DNA of 47,058 nt. It comes from a virus. Lineage: Duplodnaviria; Caudoviricetes. The notes beneath the pieces were generated by a model. The model saw nothing but the letters and a program-made list of their open reading frames with translations. It was not told the origin of the DNA and did not search any database. This document shows, piece by piece, positions 26,749-35,483 of the stretch. The stretch's first letter is position 1; every line of letters starts with the position of its first letter. The stretch spans positions 1 through 47,058 of IMG/VR virus record IMGVR_UViG_3300005805_000138; one strand, written 5' to 3'. The translations under genes were made by a program, and so were the position numbers.

Positions 26749-27212
26749 TTGAGACGTTATTAGGTGGCGTATTTGGTGGGCTGTTACGCCTAGCACCTGA
26801 GGCACTTAAGTTCTTTGATCAGAAGAACGAACGCAAGCATGAGCTTGCCATGCTTCAAGCCGAGATGGAGTTTGCCAAGGTTCGAGGTGAGATTGCCATG
26901 CGCCAGACCGAGGCGCAGATGACTATGGCTGAGGTAGATGCCATTGGTGAGGCTTTTAAGGAGCAATCTGCTACGGCCCGTGCCGCAGGTAAGTGGGTGG
27001 CGGCTATCTCTGCACTAGTCCGACCGTTCGTCACGTATCTATTTGTTATTGCGTACGCTACGGTAAAGGTTGCCAGCTTCCTGATCGCGCTAGAACAGAA
27101 CGGCGACTGGCGGCAGGTGCTGACCTCCATGTGGGGCGTAGATGATATGGCCGTGTTGAATATGATCTTGTCGTTCTGGTTTGTTGGGCGCGTGTATGAG
27201 CGCATTAGATGA
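26745..27212 (+). CDS. Holin-like membrane protein (3-TM/GTA-holin-like)
   Basis: ALVRPFVTY...ILSFWFVGR motif, hydrophobic segments, directly upstream of the endolysin. Confidence 0.7.
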   Translation: MIETLLGGVFGGLLRLAPEALKFFDQKNERKHELAMLQAEMEFAKVRGEIAMRQTEAQMTMAEVDAIGEAFKEQSATARAAGKWVAAISALVRPFVTYLFVIAYATVKVASFLIALEQNGDWRQVLTSMWGVDDMAVLNMILSFWFVGRVYERIR

Positions 27213-27651
27213 GGCCATCCCGTTAACGGCAGACTTGTGTCGGCACTTTGAAGGCTTCAGATCAAAGCCGTATATCTGTCCTGCTGGGTATCCGACCATT
27301 GGCTATGGCACGGTATGGAAACCAGACGGAACTAAGGTGACTATGGATCACCCGCCAATCACACGGGAAGTTGCTAATGATTGGTTGATGCGAGAACTTA
27401 GAGGAACCTACGCCACTGGCGTACTTAAAGCGTCCCCCGGTTTAGTTAGTAACCCACGCGCCTTGGCTGCGATGATCGATTTTGCTTATAACTTAGGCGT
27501 GGGTAGATACCGGGCCAGTACATTGCGTAGGAGAGTGGACGCACAAGACTGGGAAGGTGCTAAGGATCAACTTAGCCGATGGGTGCGGGGCGGCGGCATC
27601 GTTCTTCCCGGTCTTGTGCGAAGGCGTAAAGCAGAAGCGGCGCTGTTCTAA
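27196..27651 (+). CDS. Endolysin, GH24 phage lysozyme
   Basis: HFEGFRSKPYICPAGYPTIGYG...FAYNLG...LPGLVRRRKAEAALF. Confidence 0.92.
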   Translation: MSALDEAIPLTADLCRHFEGFRSKPYICPAGYPTIGYGTVWKPDGTKVTMDHPPITREVANDWLMRELRGTYATGVLKASPGLVSNPRALAAMIDFAYNLGVGRYRASTLRRRVDAQDWEGAKDQLSRWVRGGGIVLPGLVRRRKAEAALF

Positions 27652-30479
27652 AGCGCCTTCAACTGACCTAGGGCTAGGTCTTCCGCGTTCTGGCTTTCTT
27701 TATCTAAGATACCTTGGAGTCTGGGGTGATTGAGGTTGACACCGATGACATAGGTCTGCCCGAGTTTGATGGGCGAGTCCTTACCCAAATACGCCTTCTG
27801 GGACTTGGGCGTAGCGACAATGCCTTCCTCAGTAAGTTCTTGTATGAACGACTTGTAGTCGCTGCCTCTAACAGACAACCACTTGCGGAAGTGCGCCCTG
27901 TCGAGCATGACAACACCGTGGTCGAAGTGATCCCCAACAGTCTTGCGGTGCAGGTCGAACCGGACGTAGATGCTTGATCGTGGCAGTCGGCTGTAGTCCA
28001 CGGTTGCCTTCTGTCCGTCTTGATGGAATACGGTAAGCGCACTGGAGGCAGTATCGTTAAGGTACTCACCAAGTAGATCGAACGCATCTACCTTGCTTTC
28101 CTGTGCTGTCTTACGGATAGCACCCATCTGATCAAGCACCCACGTAATACCTCTAGCGTGGTCGAACTTAATAAGTCCCCAATCTTTGGCTAACTTACCG
28201 GCCAAATCTGCAAGGATAATGGCTTGCTCCCAGTACCGTTCCTCACCCGCAAACTTGCAGTCGTATCGGCTGGCGAACGTAGCGTTTGCATCCGCGATGA
28301 TGGTCTTCAGGGCAGAAGGTCCAAGTTCCAATAGGTTCTTAATGAATGCTCGACCTACGTGCCCATACGTACTATTGAGGAAGTCATAGACCTTACGTCC
28401 TGCATCGCTGTCTTTGGTGAACAACGGGCTAGGTTTGACCGTAACCTCAAGTAGTCGTGCCATCTGCGCGTCTGTATCCATACCGGATGAGACAAGTTTC
28501 GCAGCCATAGATTTATTTGTGGATACCGTCACTGGCATGGCGAACGTCTTAGCATCACGCTCCTCTGCATTGCGATTCAGTCTGGCCTTGTCTCGACCTT
28601 GGCTTACCCAGTAGAGGAAGTCACCAACGTCTTTGTCTTGCATCATGGTGGCTTCATCAATCGTCATGGGCATATTCGAATACAGTCCCATGCGGCTGAA
28701 CAAAGTGTTCTGCGTGAACTTGGCAGCAAAGTGCAACTTGTCAGGGTTGCCCCATACAGATTGCATCCACAACTGTGCCAGTGTCTTACCACCGCCGGTC
28801 GGGCCGTAGAGCGAGATGGTTAATCCCTTCAGACCTGTGAACGCATACAGTGGTGATGACAGGCTGACACATAGCGCAAACATATGCGTGTCCAAGTTGG
28901 CCTTCTCTGCCAGTCGGGTGAACTCAACCCAACTATCCATGTCACCAGAGACACCATACAAGTCATGGCTCAACTTACTGTTAATAGATGCCAGAGTGAT
29001 TGAGTCTTCCATCACGCTACCGTCTGGGTTACGGCGCATGATCGTGTCGCCAATAACGAACTGGTTGTAGTTCTCCTTCCAACCCATCGTGGCATAGAGG
29101 TTCGTCATGGTGCGGCGCTGCCGCAGTTCTTCCATGTAAGCACGGAGCATATGCTGGAAATATCCTGTCTGGTGTTTACCGTTTAGGACGATGCCTTGGT
29201 CTGCGATTGCAGCGGGGAACTCTCGGCTACCCTCAGCAAGGTACGCCTGTCTTAGGACAAGTTCTTGCCACCCAATATGCGGACGCTTCCAGTGGTAGCG
29301 CACAGTCTCATAACCAAGAGATTCATCCCGACCATACGAAACTGGATACAAGTCAAACTTACATACGTCCACATCCGTGTCGTCGATGGTCAACTTGATA
29401 CCGTCTGCTGTGCGCTTGTAGGGTTTCGGCACGGGGATATCGGTGGATACTGGATCAATAGCGTCGGTCGGCGCAGCCACCTCTTGGTACTGGATGCCAA
29501 GCCTAGCCGGTGAACCGATCTTGTCTTTGAACTTGCACCCCTTACAGCCATCCGGTCTATCAGTGCTGAACTTGGCACAAGTAGTCGGGCCAGTGGTTAC
29601 GCGCTTCCATTGCTCCAACTTACGGAGCGTGTTGTCTACGTCGAACGATGGATGCTGTTCACTCCATGTAATAGCCGTGGCCTCTGGGTCTTGGCAGTAC
29701 GCAGCCACACCCAATAGGGAATACCACATGGGTTCTGAAACATCTGCTTGGTTCTTTATAGCCCATCCGATCTGTTGGCACTTTGCAGCCACAGCCATGG
29801 GGTTAGACGGCGGCAGTGTGTTCTCGACAACAAGGGCTTGTGATAACTTACTTGTGAGTGTGTGATGTCTCCGGATCAAAACATGATCCGCTAGTGCAAC
29901 TTGCATCGTAGCAACAGTAGTCGGCTCGGCATCCAGAAGTAAGGAGACTTCCTTACCATTCTTCGGGTTGTGTGTTCCAATAGGACGCAGCACCAGTGCG
30001 CTGTTCGCAGTCAGCCCGGTATCAACCTCAAACTTCTTGGCGATTGTTGCGGCCTTGAGTGCCTCAGCCAGTGGCTTCCATTCGTCGGGTGGCAACTCAC
30101 GGTCTAGTACCCAGTAAACGTGCAAGCCGTTACCGGAGTGAATGATCATAGGTTTGGGTAAGCCAACATCCTTGACGAACTTACCCAAGGCTACGAGTCC
30201 CTCCTTCCATGAAGGGAACGGTTTGGTTTCGCCGCAGTCAATGTCTAGGGCAAGCACCTTCGTAGCACGGACATTATCCTGCTTACGGCTACCCTTCTCA
30301 ATGAATGCAGAGATAGCAAAATATGTGTTGTTACCCCGTTGGTCTAATGCGACCACGGTTTTGGCGAGTTCTTCTACAGTCGAAAAGAATCCCTGCTTGT
30401 TACCGTCAGGGTTAATGACAGTCGTAACAAAGAAACCTTCCGATGGTAGAACCCGCTGAAGAAAACTCAACGTGTCCAT
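27648..30479 (-). CDS. Primase-helicase (N-terminal primase-polymerase-like domain, Zn finger, DUF927-type helicase)
   Basis: LDID...SGNGLHVYW primase motifs; C...CKGC; Walker A GPTGGGKT; Walker B TIDE. Confidence 0.85.
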   Translation of the reverse strand: MDTLSFLQRVLPSEGFFVTTVINPDGNKQGFFSTVEELAKTVVALDQRGNNTYFAISAFIEKGSRKQDNVRATKVLALDIDCGETKPFPSWKEGLVALGKFVKDVGLPKPMIIHSGNGLHVYWVLDRELPPDEWKPLAEALKAATIAKKFEVDTGLTANSALVLRPIGTHNPKNGKEVSLLLDAEPTTVATMQVALADHVLIRRHHTLTSKLSQALVVENTLPPSNPMAVAAKCQQIGWAIKNQADVSEPMWYSLLGVAAYCQDPEATAITWSEQHPSFDVDNTLRKLEQWKRVTTGPTTCAKFSTDRPDGCKGCKFKDKIGSPARLGIQYQEVAAPTDAIDPVSTDIPVPKPYKRTADGIKLTIDDTDVDVCKFDLYPVSYGRDESLGYETVRYHWKRPHIGWQELVLRQAYLAEGSREFPAAIADQGIVLNGKHQTGYFQHMLRAYMEELRQRRTMTNLYATMGWKENYNQFVIGDTIMRRNPDGSVMEDSITLASINSKLSHDLYGVSGDMDSWVEFTRLAEKANLDTHMFALCVSLSSPLYAFTGLKGLTISLYGPTGGGKTLAQLWMQSVWGNPDKLHFAAKFTQNTLFSRMGLYSNMPMTIDEATMMQDKDVGDFLYWVSQGRDKARLNRNAEERDAKTFAMPVTVSTNKSMAAKLVSSGMDTDAQMARLLEVTVKPSPLFTKDSDAGRKVYDFLNSTYGHVGRAFIKNLLELGPSALKTIIADANATFASRYDCKFAGEERYWEQAIILADLAGKLAKDWGLIKFDHARGITWVLDQMGAIRKTAQESKVDAFDLLGEYLNDTASSALTVFHQDGQKATVDYSRLPRSSIYVRFDLHRKTVGDHFDHGVVMLDRAHFRKWLSVRGSDYKSFIQELTEEGIVATPKSQKAYLGKDSPIKLGQTYVIGVNLNHPRLQGILDKESQNAEDLALGQLKAL

Positions 30480-30483
30480 AGCG

Positions 30484-30515
30484 CCCCGCTATAGCGGGGG
30501 GATTTCTCCCCCCGC
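30484..30515 (-). promoter_or_regulatory. Overlapping alternative hairpins before the primase-helicase start
   Basis: A 9-bp stem with GAAA loop (30494-30515) overlaps a perfect 16-bp palindrome CCCCGCTATAGCGGGG (30484-30499). Confidence 0.45.
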
Positions 30516-30521
30516 CACCAT

Positions 30522-30803
30522 TCAAGTATTAAGCAATTCCTGTAAGCGTGAAAACCTTTCTCGCTGATCTGACGCAATCACTTCTGGCATAGGCCATTGG
30601 TGATTCTTCATTATGTCGAGAAGTTGTCGTAGCACACGCCTAACCGTAACGTCATTGGATTTGCGGAGGGGCTTGCCCTTCACCCAACCATGGTACGTCA
30701 TGCGGGAAACGCCAAACAATGTGGACATATTCCCAGTGGTCAGAAGCATATGCCTACGTAAAGTTTCCACCTTTGCAAAGTCCAGCGGTGGTTGATCAGT
30801 CAT
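30522..30803 (-). CDS. Helix-turn-helix DNA-binding protein
   Basis: LTTGNMSTLFGVSRMTYHGWVKG matches an XRE/Cro-type HTH. Confidence 0.65.
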   Translation of the reverse strand: MTDQPPLDFAKVETLRRHMLLTTGNMSTLFGVSRMTYHGWVKGKPLRKSNDVTVRRVLRQLLDIMKNHQWPMPEVIASDQRERFSRLQELLNT

Positions 30804-31770
30804 CCGCAACCTCGCCTACAAGGGCTGCAATCTCGTCAGCCAGTGAGTTAGCAGCGGCAGGGGTAGGAGCAGGGGTCGCCTTAGGAGCAGCCGCCTTGGG
30901 CTTAGCCTCAGGTTTAGCAGCACCGAAACCACGCTTCACAGGGGCAGGGGCAGCGGCTGGGATGGGGGCTTCAACCTCCTCTACCTCTGCAACTGCTACA
31001 GCGGGTTTCGGCGCAACGGGGGCAGGAGCAGCAATCTTCGGCACTGCAACTGCGGTTCGGGGAGTCTCACCAGTAATATCTTTAACCTTGGTAGACCCAA
31101 ACAGTTCGTCAACGATAGCCTGAGTATCCTCTTCCAAGAAGCCGCCGAAACTAAACTTCAACTTCGGGAAGGATGCGTCGGTGTCGAATGATACCTTGGT
31201 CTTGACGATCTCAGGCGGGATGCCACGCACAGAAAGTTCTTTCTGGTACTGGTTCAATCCCTTCAGTGCAGCAGGTGTGACCTGCAACAAATACACAGGG
31301 CCGTTAGGATCGTCAGCCGCAACCACAGCAAGACGCTTCTGGTCAGCACAGGCTTTGATCTGTTGACCTTGCGGAGTCACCTTGGAACCCCATGCGTTCT
31401 GCGGACAGGAAGCACAGAGATCATTCTGCGGGTTGGTAGCCTGAGGATCGGGGCCGATACCATCAAGCGAGTAGCAGTCTGGTGCGCTCGGCTCAGCGTC
31501 AGGAGTCCACTGCTTGGCGTACCAAATCTTGGACAGTCGCGGGTTAGCACCAACGATAACAACTTCCAGCGTGGTGGAATCCAATACGGTTTCGGTATCG
31601 CCGTCGATGATACGGAACCGCGCACCCTTGATGCTGATGCGTGGATAGGACTCACCCGTACCGCCACTAGACAGACCGCCCGTCAACGACTGAGCAAGTG
31701 CTGATTGGACGCCTACCCGTGCGGCAAGGTGAGCAGGAACTTTGATGTTTGCAGGAACGATATTAGTCAT
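30796..31770 (-). CDS. Putative single-stranded DNA-binding protein
   Basis: RISIKGARFR...PDCYS.DG..P...C.SCP.N..GS motif, Pro/Ala linker and acidic C-terminus, within the replication module. Confidence 0.6.
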   Translation of the reverse strand: MTNIVPANIKVPAHLAARVGVQSALAQSLTGGLSSGGTGESYPRISIKGARFRIIDGDTETVLDSTTLEVVIVGANPRLSKIWYAKQWTPDAEPSAPDCYSLDGIGPDPQATNPQNDLCASCPQNAWGSKVTPQGQQIKACADQKRLAVVAADDPNGPVYLLQVTPAALKGLNQYQKELSVRGIPPEIVKTKVSFDTDASFPKLKFSFGGFLEEDTQAIVDELFGSTKVKDITGETPRTAVAVPKIAAPAPVAPKPAVAVAEVEEVEAPIPAAAPAPVKRGFGAAKPEAKPKAAAPKATPAPTPAAANSLADEIAALVGEVADD

Positions 31771-31774
31771 CTGA

Positions 31775-32176
31775 TTACTCCACTGATGCAGTCGGCTTAC
31801 GAATGTTCACATCCAGTCGTGTTCCATAATTCACACCGGGCGGAACGGTTTTGGTCTGTTCAATATATCCACGCACAGCGACCTTACTGACGCGCTTCTC
31901 AAAGAGATCATACGCTTCGTTTTCTTTGACGAACGAAAGCATAGCATCCCAGTCAGCCACGTTCGCGTAGTCACTAGTGGTAAGGAATGCAGTGCCATGC
32001 TTGGTCTTGAAACTGGTGACGCCTTGTACGTCCGCTTGTTCCTTGATCCAAGACTCTAACTTCTCCATCTTCGCTTTGATAGCAGCAGTCTGCTCTTTCA
32101 TCTGCGCTTCGATGGCTTCCTTCTGACCACGTAACTTCATGTACGTAGCGATAACATCATCTACCTTTACACTCAT
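31775..32176 (-). CDS. Conserved replication-module protein
   Basis: Coiled coil followed by SFKTKHGT...DWD...EKRVSK...PPGVN. Confidence 0.65.
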   Translation of the reverse strand: MSVKVDDVIATYMKLRGQKEAIEAQMKEQTAAIKAKMEKLESWIKEQADVQGVTSFKTKHGTAFLTTSDYANVADWDAMLSFVKENEAYDLFEKRVSKVAVRGYIEQTKTVPPGVNYGTRLDVNIRKPTASVE

Positions 32177-32178
32177 AG

Positions 32179-33741
32179 TTACCTCTCAGTTTCTTCTTTA
32201 ATTAAATCTAGCAGCAAGCCTTGTAACTTCTGCTTGTTCTTCAGTCTCTCGTACATCTTATGCTCTAACTCGGTCGCCTCAATGTGTATCACGTTGGATA
32301 CGTGCCGCTTACCAATACGCTCAATGCGACCGTTCGCTTGAACATACTGCTCGTTCTGATTGATCGGCCCGTACCAAATGATGGTTGATGCACTGGTCAA
32401 TGTAAGACCATGCGCCATCGTGCCGGGATGTGCAATCAAAACGTGCGGCTCTTTCAAATGTTGGAAGTCGTGAAAGATTTGATTCCGTCTGCTTGCAGGT
32501 ACTTCGCCATTCACCACGCCGACAGGCCAGTGCTTCTCTAGTTCGCGGCTCAGCATATGCAACGTGCCAGTCAGTGGCACGAACAGAATCACTTTCTCTC
32601 CCGCTTCCTCAATCAACTCTTTGACTAAGTTTACACGCGGCGATGCGTCAATTTCAAGGTTTTGTCCGTTGTCGTCATACGCTACACCGCAAGATATTTG
32701 TACCAGTTTCTGAATCTTCACCGCCTCATTGACGGCAGTGATTGTCCCCTGCTTTCTATCCGCAGCCAGTTCAGTTACGAAATGTTTGAGCATGGCTTGG
32801 TAGTGTTTCTTCTGTACTGGTGTCAGTTCCACACTACGGGTTTGGATGACAGTATCAGGTAGGTCAAAGCATTCTTCTCGAGTGTACCGCACAGCAGGTG
32901 TGAGAATATGTTTGACTGTCTCAATCGCCTCTGGCCGTGGAACGTATTTCCATTGACCAACTTTCATCATCACCTGATCACGAAACGCAGTGTATGTCTT
33001 GGTGCAGTACGGGCTGTTAACCAACTTGGCCAGTGACCATGCGTCCGTTGGTAGGTTCGGCGTCGGTGTGCCAGTCATCAACCACAAACGTGTTGTGGGA
33101 TTCTGTTCCATGAACTTGCGGAATACCTTGAACCGTGTAGTCGATGGGTTACGCAGGACTGCCGCCTCGTCCACGATGATCAGGTCGAACACCCCGTTGC
33201 AGTGTGGGGATATGATCTGAAACCCATCATGGTTGATGATGTAGAAATCATTATCAGTCTTCAGCAGTTTGAGTCTGCGTTCGGCCGTACCATGCAGAGT
33301 GACGAACGATCTGTTGACTAGGCCAGTGAAAATGCCGTCACCCCATACCCGCTCAAGTGTAGAGAGCGGGGACAAGATGAGAACCTTTCTCACTTGCTTG
33401 GTCTTGATCAGATAGTCAGCAGCCCACAGTGCCGATTGCGTCTTGCCTGTACCGATCTCGTTGAGTACTAGCCCACGAGTATTGAGCGTCAAGAACGCAG
33501 CAGTTTCTTTCTGGTGGTTGTACGGTTGATGCGGGCCGGGCCAGTCGTAGTAATGCAGGATGGGGGAGGGAGCCTTGATGCCAAGGTTCCGCAGTATGCG
33601 TACCTCATCCAGTCGGTGGGGTGTAACCACCAACTTCACACCGTCCTTGACCAATGGCTTCGCTGTTGGGATGCACTCCAACACACGGTCAGGGTTGTTT
33701 AACTTAAGTGCTAGTGCTCTAGCACTCTCGACAATAAGCAT
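32179..33741 (-). CDS. SNF2-family (SF2) helicase
   Basis: EIGTGKT, IIVDEA, MTGTP, HGLTL and QANGRIERIG motifs. Confidence 0.9.
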   Translation of the reverse strand: MLIVESARALALKLNNPDRVLECIPTAKPLVKDGVKLVVTPHRLDEVRILRNLGIKAPSPILHYYDWPGPHQPYNHQKETAAFLTLNTRGLVLNEIGTGKTQSALWAADYLIKTKQVRKVLILSPLSTLERVWGDGIFTGLVNRSFVTLHGTAERRLKLLKTDNDFYIINHDGFQIISPHCNGVFDLIIVDEAAVLRNPSTTRFKVFRKFMEQNPTTRLWLMTGTPTPNLPTDAWSLAKLVNSPYCTKTYTAFRDQVMMKVGQWKYVPRPEAIETVKHILTPAVRYTREECFDLPDTVIQTRSVELTPVQKKHYQAMLKHFVTELAADRKQGTITAVNEAVKIQKLVQISCGVAYDDNGQNLEIDASPRVNLVKELIEEAGEKVILFVPLTGTLHMLSRELEKHWPVGVVNGEVPASRRNQIFHDFQHLKEPHVLIAHPGTMAHGLTLTSASTIIWYGPINQNEQYVQANGRIERIGKRHVSNVIHIEATELEHKMYERLKNKQKLQGLLLDLIKEETER

Positions 33742-34013
33742 TGTTCAACCTCGTTAATATCTTCAACACTCCGCACCAAGAACCATCTACCACCGGCGGC
33801 TTTTATTTCTTCTCCGCATCTACGTTGTAACTCGGTGGGCTTTTTACTTGGGTCGGCCTTACATTCGATACCTACAAACCTACCGCCAACGATGGCGATA
33901 ATGTCGGGGATGCCTGACTTTCCAAACCCGTTGTTGCCGGGAAAGAAATACCAAACATCATGCTTCCGTAATACCTCAACAACTTTACGTTTGATCTTGC
34001 CTTCGGGTGTCAT
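33711..34013 (-). CDS. VRR-NUC domain nuclease
   Basis: TPEGKIK...GIPDII...FVGIECKA...PTELQ. Confidence 0.85.
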   Translation of the reverse strand: MTPEGKIKRKVVEVLRKHDVWYFFPGNNGFGKSGIPDIIAIVGGRFVGIECKADPSKKPTELQRRCGEEIKAAGGRWFLVRSVEDINEVEQCLLSRVLEH

Positions 34014-34252
34014 AGCGCAGCAACTACAACTACTAACCCACCCGCAATGGTGGCAGTCGCATCCCAGATATCAGGGGTAGCACTACCGGGATTAGTCTTG
34101 TGTCTCCATATGTCGTATACCTCTTTGCCTATACCAACCACCGTGGCTAGTAACGCCCCAAGAATCGGGGACACGATGCAACCCAGTGCTGCAATCACAC
34201 ACCCATAAACAAAGTGGTTAGCCTTATCTTGCGGAAGTATTGGTAGTTTCAT
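34010..34252 (-). CDS. Small membrane protein (VanZ-like DKxxH motif)
   Basis: QDKANHF...GKEVYD...WDATAT..GG with hydrophobic helices. Confidence 0.6.
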   Translation of the reverse strand: MKLPILPQDKANHFVYGCVIAALGCIVSPILGALLATVVGIGKEVYDIWRHKTNPGSATPDIWDATATIAGGLVVVVAAL

Positions 34253-34908
34253 AGCGCAGCGTAGTCACAGTCGTGTCGTGCAGGACAGAAGCGGCACAAT
34301 CCACTCGGTCGGGCTGGCCACTTATCATGTTCCAACGAATTATAGATACGTCGTATCTTCCCCATGATCACAGCCCACATCTCATTGGACTGCTCCCTTG
34401 TGTACTCCTCGGTATCCATCTGCAAGTGTTTCAGCCATACGAGACTGGTCTTACATTTGTTTACGTTTGGGTAGTGCTTGAATACTTGGCAAGCAAACAT
34501 CTGCATCTGAAAGAAGTCAGGGTTGCGCTTACCAGTTTTCCAATCCATTACGTAGGCAGTATCGTCACGCAGTACCAGTACGTCCAACTTACTACGTAGC
34601 CATGCGTCTGGTTCCCACCACCCCGTAGGTTTCAGTTCCTCCGTAAGAACCAATTCCTTTTCGATGTGGAGTTCTCCTCCGTTAGCAATCTTCTCGACCG
34701 TGGTACAGAGGACTTCGTAATGTGCAATGTCCTGCGGTAACTCGGCGTCCTCCTTAAGCCTGCGCTCAAGGTACTCATGGATACGTTCCCCGTACTTACT
34801 CGCTTCACCACCATCATCAGTAACATCCTTGAGGATACGTTGACGGTAGTATCGTAACGGGCAATTCTCATACAACTTTATTGCAGAATATGAATGTGAC
34901 AAACGCAT
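34249..34908 (-). CDS. PD-(D/E)XK exonuclease (Cas4/RecB-like)
   Basis: SYS....YENCP, G..IH, LD...DWKTG, Q, and C-terminal C.FC....C. Confidence 0.88.
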   Translation of the reverse strand: MRLSHSYSAIKLYENCPLRYYRQRILKDVTDDGGEASKYGERIHEYLERRLKEDAELPQDIAHYEVLCTTVEKIANGGELHIEKELVLTEELKPTGWWEPDAWLRSKLDVLVLRDDTAYVMDWKTGKRNPDFFQMQMFACQVFKHYPNVNKCKTSLVWLKHLQMDTEEYTREQSNEMWAVIMGKIRRIYNSLEHDKWPARPSGLCRFCPARHDCDYAAL

Positions 34909-34916
34909 AGATTGTT

Positions 34917-34939
34917 GCCCCGGAGGGTTAGTCCGGGGC
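34917..34939 (-). promoter_or_regulatory. GC-rich hairpin with CUAACCC loop
   Basis: 8-bp perfect stem in an intergenic gap; no U tract. Confidence 0.4.
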
Positions 34940-34966
34940 GGTAGTCATTGGAAGCCTGAGTCTATC

Positions 34967-35197
34967 TCACTCATTCATCCGTTTCAAGCAATCAAATTTT
35001 GATAGTTCTAGGATTGAGACTAGGGACATCATGTCCTTCATATTGGTAGAAAACCTGTGGTAATCCGTGCCTATCTTGACTAATGCAAATAACTCAGTGG
35101 CGTTCTCGTTGGTCTTGACGTAATCCACCAGAGCCTCGGCTAGTTGCAGGGCGTCTTGGTTACGGGGGGCAAACTTAACTTCGCTGATGTTAGTCAT
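34967..35197 (-). CDS. Hypothetical protein
   Basis: GAGG RBS; coupled to the upstream gene. Confidence 0.6.
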   Translation of the reverse strand: MTNISEVKFAPRNQDALQLAEALVDYVKTNENATELFALVKIGTDYHRFSTNMKDMMSLVSILELSKFDCLKRMNE

Positions 35198-35483
35198 TGG
35201 TGTCCTCTGAGATTATCTTTAGGTTATTGAATACGACGTATGTATATACAAGATTGGCTACGACCAGTATGAACGTGGGGATATCCTCCAAGTAATGCCA
35301 AATAAAAAGAATCATAAATCCCTTAATGAATAGTAACGCATACGTTACTCCGACCTTATCGAACAACCATGCGAGTAGTGGGTTCTTCTCTCCGTACCCT
35401 AGGTTAGTCCCATAGATAGTCGAGATGGCATCGGTCACCTGTAGCACTACGAACGCAGCGAACACGGCTTCGTGAAACATCAT
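35190..35483 (-). CDS. Membrane protein (DUF5658-like)
   Basis: LQVTDAISTIYG....GEKNPLL...K...NN motif with three hydrophobic helices. Confidence 0.65.
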   Translation of the reverse strand: MMFHEAVFAAFVVLQVTDAISTIYGTNLGYGEKNPLLAWLFDKVGVTYALLFIKGFMILFIWHYLEDIPTFILVVANLVYTYVVFNNLKIISEDTND

